Assembly: GCF_040654355.1 (NCBI RefSeq)
Contig: NZ_JBFAHW010000110.1
Location: 1-24,000 of the forward strand
Reading direction: 5' to 3'
Length of the DNA stretch: 24,000 nt
Origin: Streptomyces sp. NPDC050704
Lineage (GTDB): Bacteria; Actinomycetota; Actinomycetes; Streptomycetales; Streptomycetaceae
This document shows, one piece after another, positions 1 through 9,052 of the stretch. The stretch's first letter is position 1; every line of letters begins with the position of its first letter. The translations under genes and the position numbers were made by a program. The notes below the pieces were generated by a model that worked only from the letters and a program-made list of their open reading frames with translations, did not search any database and was not told the DNA's origin.

Positions 1-106
1 GGGTCTGGGGCGGAGCCCCAGGGGATGGGACGGGTAGGGGCGGCGGGGGCGAGGAAATCGCCCGAAGAGTCGCAGGGCACTGCTCGTCGCCCACTACCCT
101 GGAGGG

Positions 107-1507
107 GTGACCATTCGCCTGTACGACACCAGCGCCCGGCAGATCCGTGACTTCGTCCCGCTCTCAGCGGACTGTGTCTCGATCTACCTGTGTGGCGCCA
201 CCGTGCAGGCCGCCCCACACATCGGGCACGTCAGGTCGAACCTGAACTTCGACATCATGCGCCGCTGGTTCGAGTACCGCGGCTACGACGTGACGTTCGT
301 CCGGAACGTGACGGACATCGACGACAAGATCATCAAGAAGGCCGCCGAGCAGAACCGGCCGTGGTGGTCGATCGGTTACGAGAACGAGCGGGCGTTCAAC
401 GACGGCTACACGGCACTGGGCTGCCTCCCGCCGACGTACGAACCGCGGGCGACCGGCCATGTCACCGAGATGGTCGAGATGATGCGCGGCCTCATCGAGC
501 GCGGCCACGCGTACGAGGCGGACGGCAACGTCTACTTCGACGTGCGCTCGCTGCCCGGCTACCTCTCCCTGTCCAACCAGGACCTGGACGAGCTGCGCCA
601 GCCCTCGGGCGAGGGCGAGACCGGGAAACGGGACCCGCGGGACTTCGCCATGTGGAAGTCCGCCAAGCCCGGCGAGCCGAGCTGGGAGACGCCCTGGGGG
701 CGCGGCCGGCCCGGCTGGCATCTGGAGTGCAGTGCCATGGCGCACAAGTACCTGGGCAGTGAGTTCGACATCCACGGCGGTGGGATCGACCTGATCTTCC
801 CGCACCACGAGAACGAGATCGCCCAGGCCAAGGCCTTCGGCGACGAGTTCGCGCGGTACTGGGTGCACAACTCGTGGGTGACCATGAGCGGCGAGAAGAT
901 GTCCAAGTCGCTCGGCAACTCGGTCCTCGTGAGCGAGATGGTCAAGCAGTGGCGGCCCATCGTGCTGCGCTACTACCTCGGCACCCCGCACTACCGCTCC
1001 ACCATCGAGTACAGCGAAGAGGCGCTGTGCGAGGCCGAGTCGGCGTTCGCGCGGATCGAGGGCTTCGTACAGCGGGTGGTGGAGAAGGTCGGGGGAGCCG
1101 TCGAGCCCTCGGCCGAGGTGCCGCCCGCCTTCGCCGAGGCGATGGACGACGACCTGGGCGTGCCGCAGGCCCTCGCCATCATCCACACCACCGTCCGGCA
1201 GGGCAACAGTGCACTGGCCGCCGACGACAAGGAAGCGGCCGTCGCCCGGCTCGCCGAGGTCCGCGCCATGCTCGGCGTCCTCGGTCTTGACCCCCTCGAC
1301 CCGCACTGGGCCGGCGAGTCCGACCGCGGCGAGGATCTGCACGGAGTCGTCGACAGTCTCGTACGCCTGGTCCTCGACCAGCGCGAGGCGGCCCGGACCC
1401 GCAAGGACTGGGCCACCGCCGACGCCATCCGCGACCAGCTCAACCAGTCAGGACTCGTCATCGAGGACGGCCCCCAGGGGCCGCGCTGGAGCCTCGGCCC
1501 GCGCTGA
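107..1507 (+). CDS. cysS: cysteine--tRNA ligase (class I aminoacyl-tRNA synthetase)
   Basis: 466-aa ORF. GTG start at 107 directly after GGAGGGG (101-107). HIGH motif (PHIGHVRS) and KMSKS motif (KMSKSLGN) present. Strong G/C bias at codon position 3. Confidence 0.95.
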   Translation: MTIRLYDTSARQIRDFVPLSADCVSIYLCGATVQAAPHIGHVRSNLNFDIMRRWFEYRGYDVTFVRNVTDIDDKIIKKAAEQNRPWWSIGYENERAFNDGYTALGCLPPTYEPRATGHVTEMVEMMRGLIERGHAYEADGNVYFDVRSLPGYLSLSNQDLDELRQPSGEGETGKRDPRDFAMWKSAKPGEPSWETPWGRGRPGWHLECSAMAHKYLGSEFDIHGGGIDLIFPHHENEIAQAKAFGDEFARYWVHNSWVTMSGEKMSKSLGNSVLVSEMVKQWRPIVLRYYLGTPHYRSTIEYSEEALCEAESAFARIEGFVQRVVEKVGGAVEPSAEVPPAFAEAMDDDLGVPQALAIIHTTVRQGNSALAADDKEAAVARLAEVRAMLGVLGLDPLDPHWAGESDRGEDLHGVVDSLVRLVLDQREAARTRKDWATADAIRDQLNQSGLVIEDGPQGPRWSLGPR

Positions 1508-1544
1508 GCGTCGCCCGGCCCCTCGACCGATTCCTTGATCGATT

Positions 1545-1570
1545 GTGCCGCCCGGCCATCCGGGCGGCAC
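1545..1570 (+). terminator. stem-loop downstream of cysS (putative intrinsic terminator)
   Basis: Perfect 11-bp stem GTGCCGCCCGG/CCGGGCGGCAC with loop CCAT, 38 nt after the cysS stop. No U-tract, which is common in actinomycetes. Confidence 0.55.
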
Positions 1571-1658
1571 ACTTCATAGACGTACGGCACAGACGTACGA
1601 CGAAGCACGACACTTTCAGAGACGTACACACGCACGCTTTCACACAGACGGGTAGGTC

Positions 1659-2603
1659 ATGGCCGCTAACAACCGCCGCATGTCCGGCAAGAAGGGCGCG
1701 CAGGTCGGCAGTGGCGGCCAGCGACGCCGGGGCCTCGAAGGCAAGGGCCCCACCCCGCCCGCCGAGGCGCGCAAGGGACACAAGAAGAACCGCATCACCA
1801 ACGCCAAGGCCAAGCAGGCCGTGCGCCGCCCCGCACCGCGCGGCGGCCGCGGCGGCAAGGGCACGTCCGAGATGGTCGTCGGGCGCAACTCCGTCGTCGA
1901 GGCGCTGCGCGAGGGCGTGCCCGCCACGATGCTCTACGTGCAGCAGTTCATCGACAACGACGAGCGGGTGCGCGAGGCGCTCCAGCTCGCCGCCGAGCGC
2001 GGCGGCATCCACCTCATGGAAGCCCCCCGCCCCGAGCTCGACCGCATGACCAACGGCCTCAACCACCAGGGCCTCGTCCTCCAGGTCCCGCCGTACGAGT
2101 ACGCGCACCCGGAGGACCTCGCCGCCGCCGCGTACGACGCGGGCAAGGACCCGCTGATCGTCGCCCTCGACGGGGTGACCGACCCGCGCAACCTCGGCGC
2201 CGTCGTCCGCTCCGTCTCCGCCTTCGGCGGCCACGGCGTCGTCGTGCCCGAGCGCCGCGCCGCCGGCATGAGCGCCGGCGCCTGGAAGTCGTCCGCCGGC
2301 GCCGCGGCCCGTACGCCCGTCGCCCGCGCGTCCAACCTGACCCGCGCCCTTGAGGCGTACAAGAAGGCAGGCCTCGTCGTCGTCGGCCTCGCCGCCGACG
2401 GTGAGGTCGAGGTCGGCGACCTGGAAGCGCTGGGCGGCCCCGTCGTCATCGTCGTCGGCAGCGAGGGCAAGGGCCTGTCCCGACTCGTGGGCGAGAACTG
2501 CGACTTCCGCGTGCGGATCCCGATGCCGGGTGGCGCGGAGTCCCTGAACGCCGGTGTGGCGGCGGGAGTTGTGCTCTACGAGGCCTCCCGGCGCCGGGCC
2601 TGA
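1659..2603 (+). CDS. rlmB: 23S rRNA (guanosine-2'-O)-methyltransferase, SpoU/TrmH family
   Basis: 314 aa. Basic Lys/Arg/Gly-rich N-terminal tail, then SpoU-type motifs ([36 protein letters not shown]). ATG start. Sits directly after cysS. Confidence 0.85.
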   Translation: MAANNRRMSGKKGAQVGSGGQRRRGLEGKGPTPPAEARKGHKKNRITNAKAKQAVRRPAPRGGRGGKGTSEMVVGRNSVVEALREGVPATMLYVQQFIDNDERVREALQLAAERGGIHLMEAPRPELDRMTNGLNHQGLVLQVPPYEYAHPEDLAAAAYDAGKDPLIVALDGVTDPRNLGAVVRSVSAFGGHGVVVPERRAAGMSAGAWKSSAGAAARTPVARASNLTRALEAYKKAGLVVVGLAADGEVEVGDLEALGGPVVIVVGSEGKGLSRLVGENCDFRVRIPMPGGAESLNAGVAAGVVLYEASRRRA

Positions 2604-2628
2604 GCGCTCCTGAAGGCTGTAGCGCGAA

Positions 2629-2661
2629 GTACGGGGACGAGCGAAAAGCACGTCCCCGTAC
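2629..2661 (+). terminator. stem-loop downstream of rlmB
   Basis: 11-bp perfect stem GTACGGGGACG/CGTCCCCGTAC with 11-nt loop, 26 nt after the rlmB stop. Confidence 0.55.
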
Positions 2662-2783
2662 GGTGATCCGGACCGTCGGGGTGCGCCCCAGCAGGGCGAT
2701 CCGGATGATCGAGGTGATCTTGACGCGGTCCGGACAGATCGGCCCGGTCAAAGCAGTGTCCTAAACACACGTCACTCGGTTAG

Positions 2784-4436
2784 ATGAGTGTGGACACCAG
2801 AACACCCCGCACACCCACGGGGGACCGCTCGTTGCCCTACGACGACGCTCCCGCGCTGAGCATGGTGAAGGTGCCGAGCGATCCGGCGCAGGTCATCGTC
2901 AATCATGCGAGCTTCCGCGTGCAGCTGGGCACCGCGCCGCGGGCCAAGTCCCCGCGTGTCGCGCCGCACTTGAGCTCCCCCGACGCGACCGCGCGCATCC
3001 CCGCAGTGGGCGCCGCCGCGGGCACCCGGCGCCGCGCGCCCGTCGTCTGGAGCGGGAAGTCCGCCCCCGACGACACAGGCGCCACCCGCCTGTTGCAGGC
3101 CGTGCGCAGCACGAGCCTGCGCCACGGCGCCGAGAACCCGGCGGGCGACGGCGGCGCGACACAGGTCATCCCGCGCATCGGCGAGGGCGACGCACCGGGC
3201 TTCGACGTCGACGCGACCGTCGAGACCCCGAGCGTCCCCGGCCCCGGGACCCGGCTCCTGCCCCAGATGCGCAGCGCCGGCAGCGCGTACGAAGAGGTCG
3301 AGGAACACCCGTACGCGGACGACGAGTTCGACTCCTACGGGGACGAGGGCGACGCCGAAGACAGGGCCGACGGGCGGGTCAGGCGGTACGGCGCCGCACC
3401 CGTCCGGCACGGGTACTACCCCGGCCGCCGGATGAACCTCGGCGTCGTCCTGCTCCCGCTGCGCGTCTTCCTCGGCTTCATCTCCATCTACGCCGGCATG
3501 GGCAAACTCTGCGACCCCGTCTACTTCGACGGCGGCGAACGCGGCTCCATGGTCAAGTGGCTGAACTCGCTGCACCCTTGGGCCCTCGCCGAACCACTGC
3601 GCGAGTTCGCCCTCCAGCACCCCGTCGGCGCCGGACTCCTCATCGCCTTCTTCCAGGTGATCGTCGGCGTCCTCACCGTCCTGGGCCTGTGGCAGCGCGT
3701 CGCCGCCGTCATCGGCGCACTGCTGTCGGCGGCCCTCCTCCTCACCGTCAGCTGGAAGTCCGTCCCCGTCTACGACGCGCCCGACATCATCTACCTCGCC
3801 GCCTGGTCCCCGCTGATCATCGCGGGCGCCCCCGTCTACTCCATCGACGGCCGCCTCGCCGGCGAGGCCTGGCGCACCCTCGGACCCCGCGCCGACATCT
3901 GGGAGCTGCGCCGCCGCGTCCTGCGCCGCGGCGCGCTCGTCGCGGCCATCGTCGTCGGACTCACCCTGCTCATCGGCTCGATGCTCGGCGGCGCCGTCCG
4001 CGACGCCGACCGCGTGGTCGTCCCCGGCCCCGGCGAGGCCCCGCGCAACGAACTGCCCGGTTCCCCGCTGCCGGAGGAACCCGGCGAGCGCAGCCGGAAG
4101 GCAAGCCCCTCCGCGGCCAACTCGCCCACCCAGGGCACCAGTTCCGCGCGCCCCTCGGACACCGCGACCACCCCGGGCGCGGCCCGCACGACCGACACCG
4201 CGGGCGCCGGCACCGACGCCGGACAGCCCAGCCAGACCCAGGGCGCCGTCCAGGCCCCGCCCCAGCAGTCGGCACCGCCGCAGGCCCCCACCACCAGCGC
4301 GGGCCCGTCCTCCTCAGGCGGCACCACCGGCGGCACCAGCTCGGGCGGCGGCTCCGGAGGCGGCTCCGGCGGCACCTCGGGCGGCGGCGGCAGCTCCGGC
4401 GGCTCGGACCGACTCGTCGGCGGCCTGCTGGGGTAG
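2784..4436 (+). CDS. DoxX-family integral membrane protein with long disordered N-terminus and Pro/Ser/Gly-rich C-terminal tail
   Basis: 550-aa ORF. The central ~170 aa has 4 hydrophobic helices with DoxX-like sequence (LRVFLGFISIYAGMGKL..., LLIAFFQVIVGVLTVLGLW). The C-terminus is low-complexity (SSGGTTGGTSSGGGSGGGSGG). The start is uncertain: an in-frame ATG at 2862 is an alternative. Confidence 0.7.
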   Translation: MSVDTRTPRTPTGDRSLPYDDAPALSMVKVPSDPAQVIVNHASFRVQLGTAPRAKSPRVAPHLSSPDATARIPAVGAAAGTRRRAPVVWSGKSAPDDTGATRLLQAVRSTSLRHGAENPAGDGGATQVIPRIGEGDAPGFDVDATVETPSVPGPGTRLLPQMRSAGSAYEEVEEHPYADDEFDSYGDEGDAEDRADGRVRRYGAAPVRHGYYPGRRMNLGVVLLPLRVFLGFISIYAGMGKLCDPVYFDGGERGSMVKWLNSLHPWALAEPLREFALQHPVGAGLLIAFFQVIVGVLTVLGLWQRVAAVIGALLSAALLLTVSWKSVPVYDAPDIIYLAAWSPLIIAGAPVYSIDGRLAGEAWRTLGPRADIWELRRRVLRRGALVAAIVVGLTLLIGSMLGGAVRDADRVVVPGPGEAPRNELPGSPLPEEPGERSRKASPSAANSPTQGTSSARPSDTATTPGAARTTDTAGAGTDAGQPSQTQGAVQAPPQQSAPPQAPTTSAGPSSSGGTTGGTSSGGGSGGGSGGTSGGGGSSGGSDRLVGGLLG

Positions 4437-4470
4437 GCGCCCGCACCGACGGAACGGTGACCGGTACGTG

Positions 4471-4506
4471 GATGGGGCCCCGCACTGTGAAGTGCGGGGC
4501 CCCATC
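4471..4506. terminator. bidirectional terminator hairpin between convergent genes
   Basis: Perfect 15-bp stem GATGGGGCCCCGCAC/GTGCGGGGCCCCATC with loop TGTGAA, lying between the stops at 4436 (+) and 4558 (-). Confidence 0.7.
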
Positions 4507-4557
4507 GGCGTACGGGAGAGGGGGAGGGCAAGAGGGACGGGCGGGAGCGGCTGACGC

Positions 4558-5289
4558 TCAACGGCCCAGTGCCGCCAGCTCCTTCGCCGCCTCCGTGAGG
4601 TCCTTCGCGGTGTCGATGGCCCGCCAGTACGCGCCCTGCGGGATGGGATAGCCGGCCAGGCGGCGCTCGCGGGCCAGCCGGGGGAACGTACTGCGCTCGT
4701 GGTCACCGAGGTCCGGCAGCAGGGCGGCGAACCCGGGCGAGAAGACGTAGACGCCCGCGTTGATCCCGTACGCGGTCGGCGGGGACTCGATGAAGTCCGT
4801 GATGTGACCGAAGTCGTCGGTCTCCACAGCGCCCCACGGGATACGCGGGCGGGCCAGCGCGAGGGTCGCCACCGCGTCGCGCTCGGTGTGGAAGTCCGCC
4901 ATCTCACGCAGCGAGAAACGGGTCCAGATGTCGCCGTTCGTCGCGTACCACGGGCGGTCCGGGTGGGGCAGGTGCTTGGCGGCGAACTTGAGGCCGCCGC
5001 CACGGCCCAGCGGCTCCGTCTCGACCACGGTGGTCACGGAGACGGGCAGTTCGGCCGAGTCCAGCCACTGCTGGAGAACCTCGGCGAGATGGCCGCACGA
5101 GACGACGACGTCAGTGACGCCCTCCTCGGCGAGCCAGGCCAGCTGATGGCCGATGATCGGGGTCCCGGTGCCGGGGATCTCGACCATCGGCTTGGGCCGG
5201 TCGTCGGTGTAGGGACGCAGCCGGGAGCCCTGGCCGCCGGCCAGGACAACGGCTTGAACGGGGCGCGACGCGGCGTTCGGATCGGTCAT
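4558..5289 (-). CDS. sugar-phosphate nucleotidyltransferase (NTP_transferase family, mannose-1-phosphate guanylyltransferase-like)
   Basis: Signature VVLAGGQGSRLRPYTDDRPKPMV near the N-terminus. I place the start at the ATG at 5289 (MTDPNAAS..., 243 aa). The 53 extra residues in the track ORF (to 5448) are Pro/Arg/Gly-rich and overlap a terminator-like palindrome. Confidence 0.85.
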   Translation of the reverse strand: MTDPNAASRPVQAVVLAGGQGSRLRPYTDDRPKPMVEIPGTGTPIIGHQLAWLAEEGVTDVVVSCGHLAEVLQQWLDSAELPVSVTTVVETEPLGRGGGLKFAAKHLPHPDRPWYATNGDIWTRFSLREMADFHTERDAVATLALARPRIPWGAVETDDFGHITDFIESPPTAYGINAGVYVFSPGFAALLPDLGDHERSTFPRLARERRLAGYPIPQGAYWRAIDTAKDLTEAAKELAALGR

Positions 5290-5418
5290 GACTCCGAACC
5301 CTACGTGGCGCCCCGCGGGTTTGGCGGACGAGGACGTGCCGGGCTGTGCGGGTGGGGACCCGCGGGCCGGTGGGGATTGAGCGCGCCCCGCGGCGGAGCC
5401 GCACATCGTCACTGCCCC

Positions 5419-5436
5419 GCGCCCCCGCGGGGGCGC
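5419..5436 (-). terminator. GC palindrome downstream of the 5452-5934 gene
   Basis: 18-nt perfect palindrome GCGCCCCCGCGGGGGCGC, 16 nt after the stop of the upstream minus-strand gene. Confidence 0.35.
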
Positions 5437-5451
5437 GCCCCGCCCCATTGA

Positions 5452-5934
5452 TCAGCGGTGCTGGGCTGCTACGCCCGTGGCGAAGGAGGTGTCGCAGACC
5501 GGGCGGGCGTACGACTGCGCTCGGGTCGGGCCGTACGTGCGGACGGCGGCGCGGCCCAGCGCGCGGGCGATGGAGACGCAGTGCCTGGCGAGCGACGGAC
5601 GGCCGTTCACGGCCTCCTGGAGGTGCGTGAGGGCCACCCCGGGGTTCTTCTCCTGGAGCTCGACCAGGAGCTTGTCGCGCAGCACGTCGTGCGGAGCGCG
5701 GGAGACGGCCCGCTTGGAGACGTCCTGGGCGGATGCGGCGAGTACCGAGGCCGAGGAGTTGGTCCCCGACCAGTTGACTCGGGTGACCGCGAGAGTCCCG
5801 GAGAGCACCAGGACGACGGGCAGAACGAGGGCGAGAGTACGGCCGATCCGGCGGGCCGGACCGCGGCCGTTCCGGATCGGTCGGCCGGCGGGGCCACGGC
5901 CGTGTCGCGTCGAGTGGTCAGTGGAGTGCTTCAC
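5452..5934 (-). CDS. hypothetical membrane-anchored protein (single N-terminal TM helix)
   Basis: 160-aa ORF with GTG start. Basic N-terminus, then one hydrophobic helix (LALVLPVVLVLSGTLAV), then a ~110-aa soluble domain. Codon position 3 is G/C-rich. I recognise no family. Confidence 0.55.
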   Translation of the reverse strand: MKHSTDHSTRHGRGPAGRPIRNGRGPARRIGRTLALVLPVVLVLSGTLAVTRVNWSGTNSSASVLAASAQDVSKRAVSRAPHDVLRDKLLVELQEKNPGVALTHLQEAVNGRPSLARHCVSIARALGRAAVRTYGPTRAQSYARPVCDTSFATGVAAQHR

Positions 5935-6070
5935 GCGAGTGAGGGTAGCGCGGGGTGATGATTTGGCGACATTTAGTAATCAGTTTGAGGGACGGGTAAA
6001 GCGTCATTTTCGAGTTTGATGTTGACGTACAGGTATCGAAATGCCGGGTCTGCCGGGGTATTTGTCGACA

Positions 6071-6110
6071 ACGAAGAAGGCTCCGCAGCAGGCCGCGGAG
6101 CCTTCTTCGT
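6071..6110 (-). terminator. msiK terminator hairpin
   Basis: Perfect 16-bp stem ACGAAGAAGGCTCCGC/GCGGAGCCTTCTTCGT with 8-nt loop, about 50 nt downstream of the msiK stop on the minus strand. Confidence 0.7.
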
Positions 6111-6124
6111 CAACTCGGGTGAAA

Positions 6125-6157
6125 TCTCCGGAGAGTCTCCGGAGATTCTCCGGAAAG
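6125..6157. repeat. 3 x 11-nt tandem repeat of a palindromic unit (TCTCCGGAGAG / TCTCCGGAGAT / TCTCCGGAAAG)
   Basis: Read directly from the sequence. Each unit contains the palindrome CTCCGGAG (third copy degenerate). The array ends 3 nt from the msiK stop codon. Confidence 0.8.
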
Positions 6158-6159
6158 GG

Positions 6160-7296
<1,137 letters not shown>

Positions 7297-7331
7297 GGTG
7301 AGGGCCCCCTTCACCGGCAGGAACGTGCCGG

Positions 7332-7380
7332 ACGATCCGTAGTGGAAGGTGGTGTGCCACTACGGAACGATCCGTAGTGG
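7332..7380. repeat. 14-nt perfect direct repeat ACGATCCGTAGTGG (7332-7345, 7367-7380) with an intervening complementary segment CCACTACGG (7357-7365)
   Basis: Read directly. The middle segment can pair with either flanking CCGTAGTGG copy, giving mutually exclusive 9-bp stems. Lies 36-85 nt upstream of the msiK ATG. Confidence 0.8.
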
Positions 7381-7391
7381 TGTAGTCCACG
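7376..7391. promoter_or_regulatory. DasR-responsive-element (dre)-like operator upstream of msiK
   Basis: AGTGGTGTAGTCCACG matches the published 16-nt dre consensus A(G/C)TGGTCTAGACCA(G/C)T at 13/16 positions. Located 80-95 nt upstream of the msiK start. Confidence 0.55.
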
Positions 7392-7499
7392 CGAGCGAAC
7401 TGGGTCAGGACGCTACCCCGCGTTCACACGATCTGTCAGTACTCCGGGGGCTATGAAGTTCGAGGAAATTTTCGATCACAGGACAGAGCACCGGCTTTT

Positions 7500-7760
7500 T
7501 GACCTTGCCAGGGCTTCCTGCTTCACAGCCCACTGCCGACGGACAAACGGGCTACCCCGCCGCCACGCACGGTCTCACACAGACTCCACAGGCATTCCGG
7601 CCGACGGCCCATCGGTCCGTACCGCGTACTGCACATCGCACACCGGCCCGCCTACGCGGCCAGCAGACACGCCTCCAACTCCGAGGTCTTGATCACGACT
7701 GGAGCCCTCCGGCCCGGCGGCAGCGCGGATGCCACCAGCCAATACAGGCGCATCCCCTCA
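7500..7760 (-). ncRNA. predicted TnpB guide RNA (omega-RNA / reRNA) region; position by analogy only
   Basis: In characterised TnpB systems the omega-RNA overlaps the 3' end of tnpB and runs to the right end of the element. Here the tnpB stop is at 7652-7654 and is followed by a GC-rich, hairpin-prone non-coding tail. Boundaries and structure could not be established by eye. Confidence 0.3.
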
Positions 7761-9052
7761 TCTCGCAGATTCACCGCCGCGTTCACATCCCGGTCGTGCA
7801 CCACACCGCACTCGGCACACGACCACTCCCGGACCGAGACATCCAGCTTCGGGCCCTTCACATGACAGGCCGAGCACCTCCGAGTGGAGGGGAAGAAACG
7901 GTCCACGACCACCAGCGTCCGGCCGTACCACTCGCACTTGTACCGCAGCTGACGCAACAACTCGCCCCACCCGGCATCGATGATCGCCCGACTCAAACTC
8001 GCCTTGCGCCGACGGCCCTTACCGCGAGCCGGACGCAACAGGTTCACGATGGACAGGTCCTCCACCACGAGCACTTGGTTCTCGCGCACGAGGCGGGTCG
8101 TGAACTGGTCCAGCATGTCCCTGCGTACGTCACCCATGAGCGCGTACAGGCGCGCGATCTTGCGCCTGACCTTCTCCCGGTTCTTGGAACCCCTCACCTT
8201 CTTGTGCAGCTCCCGCTGCAGCCGCGCCAACTTCTCCGCGTACCGCTTCAACAACCGGGGATGATCCAGCTTCGTACCGTCATCGAGCGTCACCAAGGAC
8301 GCCAGTCCCAAGTCCAGCCCGACCGCCTTCGGCTCCTGCGAACCCGGCAGGAAGAGAGCAGGCAGCGGTTCAATTGGCTCTTCCACGAGCGTGGACACGA
8401 AGTATCGCCCGGCCCGGTCCCGCGTCACCGACAACCGAACCGGAACCGTCCCCGCGGGAAGCGCCCGCGACCAGCGAATGTCCAACGGCTCGGACTGCTT
8501 GGCGAGCGTGATCAGACCCGTACCCGGCCGCTCAGGATCCTCGACCCACCTGAACCCCGTACGCACATACGTCGCCGAATCCCGCGACCGCTGTTTCTTC
8601 TTCCGTGTCGGATACTTCGCCACGCCCTTGATGAACCGTGTGAACGCCTGGTCGAGATGGCGCAGGGCCTGCTGCAGCACCGTCGAGGACGCCTCCTTGA
8701 GCCACGCCCTCTCTTCGGTCTGCTTCCAACCTGTCAGCGCTCGACACGTCTCCGCGAAACCCACATTCACCCGGTGCTGCTCCCAGGCACCTGACCGCAG
8801 GGCCAGCCCCTCGTTGTAGACCCACCGGCAAGCTCCGAACGTCTTCCCCAACTGCTCGGCCTGTGCCTCGGTCGGATAGAAGCGGAACCGGTAGACGCGA
8901 TGGTGGGTGTCCGTCTCCTTGGCATGGCTCTTCAGGGGAGTCGCTTTGCGGCCCTCGTGCTTGCGGCGGTCTTCGATGCCGAGTTCCTCGCGCTTGATGC
9001 GCTTGGCCTCGTCACCCTTCACCGCCTTCGGCTTCTCCGCCGACTCCTCCAC
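7652..9052 (-). CDS. tnpB: TnpB (IS200/IS605-family OrfB, RuvC-type RNA-guided DNA endonuclease)
   Basis: 466 aa. GTG start preceded by GAGGGGGG. Conserved N-terminal YRFRFYPTEAQ block. RuvC triad candidates D247 (GLDLG), E331 (VVEDL) and D422 (HDRDVNAAVNL). Zn finger C393-x2-C396 ... C412-x2-C415. Confidence 0.9.
   Translation of the reverse strand: MEESAEKPKAVKGDEAKRIKREELGIEDRRKHEGRKATPLKSHAKETDTHHRVYRFRFYPTEAQAEQLGKTFGACRWVYNEGLALRSGAWEQHRVNVGFAETCRALTGWKQTEERAWLKEASSTVLQQALRHLDQAFTRFIKGVAKYPTRKKKQRSRDSATYVRTGFRWVEDPERPGTGLITLAKQSEPLDIRWSRALPAGTVPVRLSVTRDRAGRYFVSTLVEEPIEPLPALFLPGSQEPKAVGLDLGLASLVTLDDGTKLDHPRLLKRYAEKLARLQRELHKKVRGSKNREKVRRKIARLYALMGDVRRDMLDQFTTRLVRENQVLVVEDLSIVNLLRPARGKGRRRKASLSRAIIDAGWGELLRQLRYKCEWYGRTLVVVDRFFPSTRRCSACHVKGPKLDVSVREWSCAECGVVHDRDVNAAVNLRDEGMRLYWLVASALPPGRRAPVVIKTSELEACLLAA

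Noticed and set aside
1-106. Regulatory RNA (T-box or riboswitch) or G-quadruplex element upstream of cysS.
   Set aside because: Only 106 nt are visible. I see a short hairpin (CTGGGGC/GCCCCAG at 5-21), likely the upstream gene's terminator, and G-runs at 21-50. There is no T-box specifier or antiterminator architecture. The region is truncated by the window edge.
4558-5448. N-terminal extensions of several track ORFs: 4558-5448, 6160-7314, 13817-14893, 14903-16243, 16144-17043, 19940-20623 and 17277-17963.
   Set aside because: In each case an internal ATG or GTG with a Shine-Dalgarno-like sequence coincides with the start of the conserved domain. The extension is Pro/Arg/Gly-rich and overlaps terminators, promoters or a neighbouring gene.
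7652-9052. Nuclease-dead, repressor-type TnpB derivative (TldR-like) regulating msiK or the tRNA.
   Set aside because: All three RuvC acidic residues and the zinc finger appear intact, and the protein is full length. The sequence gives no evidence for loss of nuclease activity. Domestication remains only a possibility to test.
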